This document shows positions 53,871 through 64,000 of a DNA stretch of 64,000 nt, piece after piece (position 1 is the first letter of the stretch; every line of letters begins with the position of its first letter). The notes under the pieces were generated by a model. That model was given only the letters and a program-made list of their open reading frames with translations. It was not told the DNA's origin and made no database searches. This DNA is from the human T2T-CHM13v2.0 reference genome, Homo sapiens, in assembly GCF_009914755.1 (NCBI RefSeq), contig NC_060925.1; one strand, written 5' to 3'. Position numbers and translations under genes: made by a program.

Positions 53871-54010
53871 ATCCCGTTCAAACTCAGCTGCCACCAAGTG
53901 CGCCTTTTCTCTCTGGATTGCGATTCTGCACGAATTTTCCAGTTGAGGGTGGTTCGGCGCTCAGCCAGCCTCTGCCCTCGAAGACGCGGCCTTGGTCTAG
54001 GAACCTTCAG
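53871..54010 (+). other. DMBX1: DMBX1 5' UTR exon 2 (140 nt)
   Basis: Pyrimidine-leaning tract and cag acceptor; CAG|GTGGGT donor. Confidence 0.68.
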
Positions 54011-57000
54011 GTGGGTGTTTGGGGCGCAGTGGCCCTAGTTCCCTAGAATTCGTTTTGCCTCCCGCGGCCTCAGCCGGCGTGGGTCAGGCGAGCTCCGGCG
54101 AGGAACGGCAGGCTGGGGCCAGTCCCCGGAGCGGCTCTCGGGGCGCTTCTAGGGGAGCAGTCAAAGGGTTGCGAGGACTGCCAGGGTCTTTCCTCCCTAG
54201 GCTTCCCACACTGGATGGCCGTAACTCAGTCGTTGACGGCGACAGGCCAGGGGCCCTGATGGACTGTGCAGGGTCCCGGGCACCACCGGCTGAACTTTCT
54301 GGCGGTCACAAATTCCCGGAACCTGCGCAGGGGCTTCGTTGGCACTGGTGGTTCACTTAAGGAGCTTGAGGGAAACCTCCTCTTCCCCAAATTCGCACCA
54401 AATCTGGGGCCCCGACTTTTCCTGGATTCCAGCCACACTCGGTTTGGGAGGCAGTGGGCTCCTCAGGCTTGTGATTTGCGGCAGGAAGGAGTCCCGGAAT
54501 GGAAGAACGGGGAGGACGAGATCCGAGGCCTTTTCACCCTCTTTGCAAGCATGCAGTTCACCAAAGCCGAGAACCCACCGGGCCTGGAGCGCAGCCTCAG
54601 CGCTGGTTCCGACCCGGGCCCCAGAAGGTCTTTTTCGTTTGAGAAAAGTCCTCGGAGGCCGGGGCAGGGTGCGCCGATATTGGTTTACTAAGGGCGCCTC
54701 CAGTTTGAGGGCGTTGGGGAAAGAGGAGGGCTTTATTGACTTGATGGACCTTGGAGGAAAGGGGCTGTCTGTACCGCAAGGGTTGTGTGCTCCACAGCCG
54801 AGGAAATTGTGCAAGTTCCTACCTGGCTGTGGCGATGGCAGGGCGACCAGAGTCCTTTCCCCTCTCTAGTGCTAGGGATTCTGTGCGCTGCAGGCGGGTC
54901 AGCTCTGTCCAACCCCTTTCTAGAAAGTTCTATGGTCTGTTAGTTTTAGGTGGGTGTAGTGGGGGTTGTTTTCAATTTTTCGGGGATTTGTGTTTCACTT
55001 ACCCACATCCCTGGTTCTCCCCTCGAATGGAAAGGCACTCTGGCCTAAGGACGAATGAATTTAGTTCCTACCTCCCCTTTCTGCAAACCAGCTGTGTTTA
55101 TGTGTGTCTAGGTGTTCAGAAAAAAATCGAATTTGCTGCCTAGTGAGAGCAAATTCTCTGGATAATTGGCTCAAATCTCTCTCCTGTATGGCTGGGGTAG
55201 ACACACTTTTGGGAAAAGAAGCAGGGCATTGCTACTCAGGAGGGGGGTAAACACCTTACCCCACCCCTGCAGTATTTGGGGGCGCCTACTCCTGCAAGGA
55301 GGCGGGAATCTGTCAGCCCAGACCCCGAATGGAATGCAGAACAGAAAGGCAGAGGTGCAGAGGAGTGGAAACCCGCCCCAGGCGAAGGCCATGGCGAAGG
55401 ACAAGCACTCGGGCCTCGGGATGGGCTCTGCCAGATAGTGGGCTTACGGGTCAGCTTCACGGGCATCGGGTGAGTGTCTGGAGGATCCCTGCACCCCTGT
55501 CCTAGCCACTTTCACATGCACAACCCCAAGTGGTCAGGAAATTTGAGCTGTTTCTCTGTTCTCAAACATAACTTGCACTTGACACCCTGTGGGCACACAC
55601 CCACGCACACACTGTGGATTTTGAGCAGGAAATAAAGTTTCCACCCTCTCCTGGGCGTCAGTGCTCTGGGAGTGTACAGCCTAAAATGAGGAGTCCACCA
55701 TAGCCCTTAGTGCCAGCCTCTTGGAAGCCAGGGTTCTTCTGAGGAGCAACCAATCTGGTTTGACGATTGGAGCAAGGGGACATTGTCGGTGGTTTTTGAG
55801 GGAAAGGGAGAAGCAGACCCAGAGGCGCAGTCCCCTATGTCTGAACGAATTCTGTGTGCGCACACATATTTGCCAGCTGTCTAGATTGACGGTCACACAC
55901 AGACACACATACAGAGGCTGACAGGCACGCAGAGTGGGACTCCTGGGTTAGAGTCACCTGGGCTATGGGTATCACACTCAGACACACTTTGAGAAGTCAC
56001 ACAAGAGGCATGGGCAGATCCACTAATCACGTAAAACCCCTCTGATAGACACAGTTCCATACTCACAGGTTAAACTCACGCAGACACTCATGCTCAACAC
56101 ATGCAGACACCCCGTAGGACAACAGTCCCAAGTGTCACAGCCCCACCTTGCGCAGAAGCCCCAGGCAGCCCTAGGGAGGGTGCGTCTACATTTTTGCTTG
56201 GCCTCTGCGCTCCCTATTCCCGCCACTCTCTCCAGGCCTCGAAGTTACTCCTCCTCCTCCGGCCAGTCCCAGTTCCTCAAGGAGCCAGTCTTCACCTCCC
56301 CCACCCCTGCCTTCCCATTTCGCCCCCCACCCCACCCCTTTCTCACAGTCCCGCTCGGCCGCCCCGCAGTGCCCATGTAAATGACAGCAATAAATATCTA
56401 ATCAAGGCCCCGGGCGACGCCACTGCTGCCCGCCAAAGCCCATTACCGAACGAGTAGGGAGGGGCGCTGGGGTGGGTTGGTGAGCTTTCGGCAGGGTGTG
56501 TGTTCTGGTCTCCACATTCATCCTGCACTGAGTGCCTCTCCTGTCTGACCTTGAGCGAGTCTCAGTTTCCCTTTCTGTAAGAAGGGCACCGAGCTGGGCT
56601 CTCCAATGTCCAGCCCTCCCGCCGTTCAGTGGCCTCTCTTTCTATTTAGTCACCTGTCCGTTCTTCCAAGCTTATTTGACTCTGCCCCAGTGTTGCCTGA
56701 TGGGTGGACATCCCAGATTGGACAGACCACAGATCCCAGCTCTGGTGGCTCTGGCCCCAACTGTTCTTCGGACTTTAGCCAGGTTTTTGCTGGCAAAGGG
56801 GAGTTCCCTGGATATGACAGCGGCAGGAGGGAGCACATTTCCCAGATGGGGTCACTCCTTCCCTCTGGTCTACAGCCACTGTGGGCGCTGCTTCCATGAG
56901 CCCCGAGGCCACTGGAGCCCACTGGGTTTCCCGGCCTGTTCCAGCCTCCACAGCTCTATCTCCAGGGTTGCTTGTGCCCCGGATGAGTTGTACATCTGTC

Positions 57001-60000
57001 AGTGTGCAGAGCAGGAGCCGCAACCGCGCTTTCTGCGCCCGCAGGACAGACCCTCCTCCGAGTTCCTCCAGCCGTTTGGAGGCCCTAACTTGGGCCTAGA
57101 GCAGCTCTGCTCCTCAGGGTACTCTGTAGTCCCTGTTTCCCAGCCCCGGCCTGGATCTGGATGGCCAAAAGTGGACCAGGTCATCCCTGACAGACTTTGG
57201 GCCAAGGCTAACTGAGCAGGCAGGGCCACCACTTCTGTACCCTGGAGAGGCCAGGAACATCCTGGGGTCTTAACCTATGCCCTGCTCCATCTCGGCTCCG
57301 CCCAAGTCTCCTCGATCTCCAGTGTGCTAGCTGTATCTCTGCCAGAAAGGAAGCAGAGAATCAAGCAATTACCCAGACAATTCTACTCTCAAGACTTGCA
57401 GTCAGGTCCCTTGGCCTACCCCGCCACCTACCTGCTCTCAAAAGCTGATGGATGCTGGGCCAGATTCGAGAAAAAGCAACAAAAAAGTGGCCTCTCCCAT
57501 CTTCTTTCCCTTTCCTGGCTGCATTTTGCTGCCTTAAAAGAACAAAAAATTAACTCCAGCCGCCTGATTTCTCTGCACCCCCAACATTAAGGACCTCGGA
57601 AAACTGGAGGACTGTAGGCGGAGGGGCCTCCCTCAGTCTCGGCCCATTAGCCTGCGGGGGGCTAATTACCCCAATTAGTGGCTGATTTATAATTAATGGC
57701 TCGGACCAAGGGATAATTGGATGTTAATGGATAACAGTTTGTATAGGGAACTAAGAGCCCCGACTCCTTCAAAGGGCCACTGGCCGGTGGTTGGCCCTGA
57801 GACCCACCGGGACCCTGGAACTCTCCCAGTGGGTTCTTCTCCTATCCACTGGGCCCCCATCCCTGAGCCAAGAGGGGAGGTGAGAATCTCCTTTGAGGAA
57901 TTTATGAGCTCTGTGTGCCCGTTATGAAGTCCAGCACCTCTTCCAATCTGACCCTTGCAAAGCCACATACTTCCAAGCCCACCTGCCTGCCATGCATAGC
58001 TCCAACTCCAGGTTCACTTTGGGGGCCCTCAGTGGAGATGAAAGGAGGATGAGCAGATTATTTGACCCCCCACAGCTCATCCCCTTCCCATATGGATCAG
58101 GCAATGCAGGGTTAACGGTGGCGATGTGGGGGTCATGATACCTATGCCACTGGCTGGGGGAGGGAACATGGCCAAGGTGAGGGCAGTGACCAGGGCTCAT
58201 GTAGGATGAGGTTAGAGCTTAGTCTGTGACAAGGTCAGGGTCACAGCTGTGGCCAGAAGGTGGCTTGGCTTCTGGTGAGGACATTGGATTTTCCCTGCTG
58301 GGGCAGGGCAGAGCAGGCAGGGTGAAGAGGAAACTTTGGACATTGGCCCACTCTCATCTCCCAGAGCTGGTTTCCTCTGCCCTAGGGCATGTGACCATCT
58401 GCAATTCCCCTAGAATCTGAGCCCTTCAAGCTGGAATTCATGACACTACCCCCAAAGTCCATCGCTCAACAGGCAGTGGCTCCATCTTTATTTGTGGAAT
58501 GAATGTCTGATGTCCCTTGCTCTGGGCACTGGGTCCTGAGTACTAGCTGGGGAAGCAGACCCCGCCCTGGATCAAGGTTAAGAGCTCTGGTGGGCACTGA
58601 TTTCACAATTTGGAGTTAGACTCCCTCGATTCCATCCCGGCTAAGCTGCTTAGCTGTGTAGCTTTGGACAAGTGATTTTACTTCTCTGGGTCTCAGCTTC
58701 CTTATCAGTCAAATGGGGATTATGAGGTTGTGAAGATTAAATGAGATGCTGCCAGTCAGGTCTCTATGAGGATAGCTGGTAATAATAGTTATTTATTATA
58801 AAACTCTGGCAAAAGGTAGGCAAATTGGCAACTACAATTTGGTAAGGATAGGAATTTAAAGAAGTCACCGGACCCAACTGGTGACTTCTGGACCGAACCA
58901 CTGCTAAAATTGGATGATTTTAGAAAATTATCCAATCTTTCTCACCTTCCATTTCTGAATCTGTAAGATGGGGATGGCAGGAGAGGCTTCCTGGAGAAAG
59001 GCGTGTGCAAGCTTAATGCAAGTCAGGAGTTCTCCAGGTCATGCTGGTGGAGGGACAACATTCCCGGAGTGGGAGGCAGCCACATAGTAGCTTTGGAGAG
59101 CCATGGCTCAGTGGTGGGTGGGAGTGTACAGGAGGGAAGGAAGGGGAGATGACAGATTTGGATATGGCTCTTAAGAAATATGGCTTTGAAGGTATCAGAG
59201 AGAACTGGTCTGAGAGATGGGTTCATTTGTTTCAAATGAGGCCTGGCCCACCCCACCCTCTGGTGGAGAGCCCTTGTTGGGAAGAATCTGGCCCCTGGCA
59301 GGGGGAGGAAGAGGCTGATCCCTGGGCTTTCTGCACCTTTGAGTGCCTGATACTGACAGGAGATTTGGGGAGCATGGAGGGTTCAGCGTAACCCAGGAAT
59401 GGATATGGGGCTCTTGGAGGAGCCCCTGTAAAATAAGCGGCATCTGAGAGGTAGTAGCTGGGGATGTCATCATGTCAAGCTTGCTCTCAAACTGTGTGCC
59501 TGCAGGGTCCTTGGTCAGGGTAGGATCGGGATCTCCACAGCCCTCACATCCTATCCTCCCACTGCAGATTCCTGGCAACTCAGAACTAAGAACAGATGTG
59601 GGAACAGGGTACTTACTGGGATGGGGGCTTAGCCTTCCCCATTCCCAAGCAGGCCAGCCAAAGGGACTCACCTTCCTTGAGCCTCAACTCCTCATCTGCA
59701 ATGTGGAGAGCGCCTCCCTCATAGACTTGGGGTAAGAAATTAATGAGGTGCTGAAGTTGAGGATCTGGCATGTGCCAGGGACAAAGCTTCTTTTAAAATC
59801 TTGGACCCAAAAGCTCAGAGTTGGAAGGCTTCTAGGTCATCTTGTTCAGCCAGCCCCACAACACCCACTCACTCATGCACACACACATGCATACACATGA
59901 ACGAATCCCTCCTTTTCGGCCTCCTTCACACGTGGCTGGCCAGCCCTGGGTTACACACTTCTCATGACAAGGTCTCTTTCCCTCCTGGTTAGTGTCATAT

Positions 60001-60359
60001 CAGAAGAGGTCAGAGATGGTAGGACGCTAGCCAAGGTCACAAAGCAGCCTGGAGTTGGGGCAGGAGCCCTGGCTTGCTGCTCCCGGGTTCGTGTATTCAT
60101 GATCTTCTACCTGCATGAGTAAAAGTCCTTTTGGACTTCAAACTGCAAAGCAGGAGGGACGGTTGCAGTGGCCTCTCCCCTCAGAGTGTCACTGGAGAAC
60201 CTCCAGAGATAAAGGGGCAGCAGCCTTTCTCAGGGAAGAGAGTCCATGGCAACAGGCTACTCTCGATCTCTCCCTCTGCCATTGACACCCAGGGTTGGTC
60301 CTCACCAGGGCCTATCTCTTGGTCACACTGTGAAAATAAATACCAGATAGCTCTTCAGA

Positions 60360-60590
60360 GACTCAGAGACCTGGATTCCCATCCTGCCTCCACCACTTAC
60401 TAGCTGTGGGACCTTGGGCAGGAGACTTTATCTCCCTGAGTCTTAGTTTTCTCATCCATATAATGGGGATAATTATACCTATCTGGAAGGGTTGTGTTGA
60501 AGTTTATTAGGTGATATACCTAGAATGAGTGAAACAAGACTTGGCACGTGGTAGATATTCAAAGACTGGTAGCTGTTGTTATTGTTGTTG
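60360..60590 (+). mobile_element. MIR
   Basis: ccacttactagctgtgggaccttgggcagg...agttttctcatcc...aatggggataat. Confidence 0.85.
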
Positions 60591-60834
60591 ATGAGATGAT
60601 GTGTCTCACCATGCCTCACCGTGCCATTCTCTCAGAGAATGTTTGTTTCCTCTGCTTCTCCTTCTCTTTCCTTTCCTCTAAGTAAAGTTTTTCTGCCTTG
60701 TTTCCATTGTGAATGGGAATGAGAAGAAACAGAGGGAAAATTAAAAGTTCAGAGAAGGAAAGGGAGAGGCAAAGAGTTGGTGGGGTAGGCCTGTGGGGTG
60801 GCTGAGCAGGGTGTGACCCAAGGAAAGGTCCACT

Positions 60835-61200
60835 TTCTTTTTAATCAAAGACGTCTTGCATGCATTTTCATGGCACTGCTGCTGTTAATTTATAAAAAAT
60901 GCCCCCTAATAAAATTCTGCTTGATTCTTCGATTGGCTAGGCATTAGGCCGCAGCCAGCAGCGATGCGGGGACATAACGGATGCATTTGCAGATTTGGAA
61001 AATTAAAGCCATCTATATGGCGCCTGTGGCGGGAGATCCGCCGATCTGCTTGCTTAATGAAATATAAAGATTCTTTTAACCAATGTAAGCACAATTCGAC
61101 AGCTTGTGAAACGCGGCCGCGCCGTGATGGATGGCTCTCCTGGCTCGCCAGGAATTGCGGGGCGGCACCTTTTAAATATATAATTGATTCTGTTTGGAGT
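60835..61200. promoter_or_regulatory. Candidate intronic enhancer (CNE-like)
   Basis: Unique AT-rich yet CpG-retaining block; ATCAAAG 60844, TGATGGATGG 61125, multiple TAAT/ATTA. Confidence 0.6.
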
Positions 61201-62256
61201 GTGCAGTGGACTGAGCCCAGGCAGGGCCCGGCCTGGGGCCAAGAGTGCAGGGCCTCTGTTTAGAGGCTCCTGCAGGCCTTGTAGGGTTCCAGCCTGGGGG
61301 GGCCTCCCTATAGGGGCCACCAGGACTCAGAACTGGATGTGGAAGGGGTTCCTGCAGCTGGGCCTGGCTGAAGACCTCAGTAGTGCAGGTCCTGGCTGCC
61401 CCTATTGCTGGGAAAGGGCCCACTGGGCAGGGGTCACCCTCTTGAGGCCTATGTCCTGGGACAGAGGAGGTAGTGGGCTAGGACTCTGGGTCTCCATTTC
61501 CTCCCGTGGACCATCCTGGGCTGTGGTGGTCCTGCCTCCCTCACAATCTCTTGGTCTAAAATTCCTTCCCATTCATTCAACATTTACTATTTACTAAGCA
61601 CCAACTGTATGCCAGGCTCTGTGCTAAATGTTGCAGAAACTAAAATGGCTAAGACAAATTATTTATTTTCTGTGTTGATCTCTCTCCTTGCTTTTTTTTT
61701 CTTTCTCTGTATTTTTCTCTTGTTCTCTCTCACACCTTGTTCAGGGGTGGAAGAGCCACAATACACTGACCTAGCAGCAGGGGACAGGGCCACATGACTT
61801 TCTAGGGTACCATTTAGTGTACTGTCCCCTGGTCGCACACTTACAGACACATCATTTGCACACATGGGCTCACAGGCATGTACACCCACCAAGACACATA
61901 AAATAGCCAGATATACGCATAAACAGAGACAGATGCATATACAATCATGTGGCCGATCCCAGTTGGGTTGTGTACACACATGGCCGCACATGGACACTGA
62001 GGTGGGCTTCAGACCTATGGCTGTGTGGTACCACATGTGTACAGCTCAGATGGTAAGTAGCATCCACTGACAAGGGTCCCTCTATGGCCTCAGAGGAGAG
62101 CAGGGGCCTTGATGTCCAGCTGTAGTGAGGAAGAGGAGTATGAGCTGGAGGGAGAGGAGCTTAGCAGGGAAGATTTAGGCTTCCACACAGCTTCATCTCA
62201 CAGCACACATACATGCACACAGTGTGCACACGAACATGCATACCAGAGGGAATGTG

Positions 62257-62561
<305 letters not shown>

Positions 62562-63809
62562 AGAATGTGCTTTTTCTTGCTGTCCTCCTATTGCCTTGGA
62601 CCAAATCAGAGAAGATAGAAATCAGGGAATGGAATATGCTGGGGAAAGATCCTGTGCGACTGGGGTTGGGAAATACTAGCTAGTGGGAAGAACTTCACCT
62701 GTTGACACCTGTTTCACCACTTTCTACCTCCATGGCCTTTAGCAAATTATCCAATCTTTCTTGCCTTCCATTTCTGAATCTGTAAAATGGGGATAACATT
62801 TTCTACCTCCTACGGTGTTGGGAGAATTGATGGAGATGTCTGATGTATCAGAGGCATTTAATAAATAGTTGTGATTATTAATTCATCATCTGATCCTTAT
62901 TTCCTAATCCTGCTTCTGCGCTAGACCCTGTGATCTGGGCTGGGGGCGGGGTGGGTGTCCAGAAATGCATGATATAGTTTCTGCCCTCAACGAGCTTAGT
63001 CTAGTCTAGTTGGGGAGATAGAAGTGTCATCACAGCACTCTGCTGCAGGCACTAGAATTAAGAAAATACATGGAAGGTGCTGAGTGTGGTATCTGGCACA
63101 GAGTGTGTTCAGTACATTATAGCTAGTACTGTTGTTGTTGTCATCATTGTGATCATCCTCATTTCTATGATCTGAGAATACTTATCACAGCCTGGAGTGG
63201 AGAGAGATGCCTTGTCAGAGGCGACTTGGGGAAGGCCCCATTTCTGAAGAGGGCTCAGTTGAGCTAGGCCTTATGGAGAGGGAAGAATTTGTTAGGGGAA
63301 GGGAAAGAAGAGGAATGGTGTTTCAGGTAGAGGGCCCAGCAAGAGTAAAGGCGTGGAGATGAGAAGGAGTGGTAGGTAGTCTGGTAGTGCTTGGTGCTGG
63401 GGAGGGGGAGGGCATCAGGCCATACTGGGAAGATCTCAGAGACCTTCCGAGGGCCATGGGGATGGGGCAATTGTGGGGCCCAGAGAGGGATCTCTCTGGC
63501 TTCAGTTAATAAAGCTGCATTGTGCATCAAAAACTGTGAGATCAGCGATAATTAAGTCAATTAAAATGTCACTTACCACATCAACAGCAGTGAGTTCTAA
63601 AGCAACAAAGCCCCTGAGTTTGGTGGGGGAGGGGCATTCCAAAAGCAGGAGTTGGGATGGATGAAATTGCTTCTAAACTCTGTTCCCCCTTCCCCACCTG
63701 GAGCTTGTGACACTCCAGAGCCTGGTTTCATCCTCATATCCAGCGAAAGACGTGGATACCTCCCCCCAGCCCCTACCCCCCTCCCCCAAAAAAGAAAGAA
63801 AGAAATAAT

Positions 63810-64000
63810 ATAAATGTGAAAATCACGTGTAATCCCATTTGCTATCTCCCAGAGATAACCTCTGTTAACATTTCAGGTTATAACCTTCCAGACTTTTTTC
63901 TATGCATATTTATACATACATTACAAAAATGGATCGTATCATGCATACTGCTTTGTTACCTATTTCCCCCACTCAACAGTATATTGTGAACATCAGCACA
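63810..64000 (-). mobile_element. Old L1 (L1ME-like) fragment
   Basis: cccagagataacctctgttaacattt...ccttccagacttttttctatgcata. Confidence 0.65.

Larger units (their letters stand above)
52250..54700. promoter_or_regulatory. Promoter-associated CpG island
   Basis: Extended CpG-rich region around exons 1-2. Confidence 0.85.

Noticed and set aside
56532-57215. 227-aa ORF within the DMBX1 intron
   Set aside because: Non-ATG start, no homeodomain or other motif; chance ORF in GC-rich DNA

Overview
Mammalian genomic DNA, primate given the Alu content, and recognisable as human 1p33 downstream of FAAH. (1) 583-8903 (+) holds the 3' half of an intron-containing FAAH-paralog pseudogene (FAAHP1/FAAH-OUT). 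Eight exons match FAAH exons 8-15 in size and phase. Three disabling lesions (TGA at 700, a 1-nt deletion at 1517-1522, a GT>AT donor at 1561) all fall in exons 8-9. Exons 10-15 still splice into an open frame, and skipping exon 9 would join an alternative frame of exon 8 to it, giving 218 aa. (2) About 9-53 kb has no recognisable protein gene. It carries CpG islands and many short unique blocks rich in OTX/K50 (TAATCC), P3, PBX-HOX, PAX6, TCF, SOX and CTCF-like motifs, interspersed with Alu, MIR, L2, L1 and MLT1 elements. It also has unusual repeats: a 34-bp x4 array resembling extended CTCF sites, a degenerate 19-bp minisatellite and a long quasi-palindrome. (3) From about 52.9 kb there is a CpG-island promoter and two non-coding 5' exons, assigned by locus knowledge to DMBX1, whose coding exons lie beyond the window. 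These exons contain a spliced 37-codon uORF. No intact canonical protein CDS is present. Motif-based regulatory calls are predictions only, and repeat boundaries and subfamilies are approximate.
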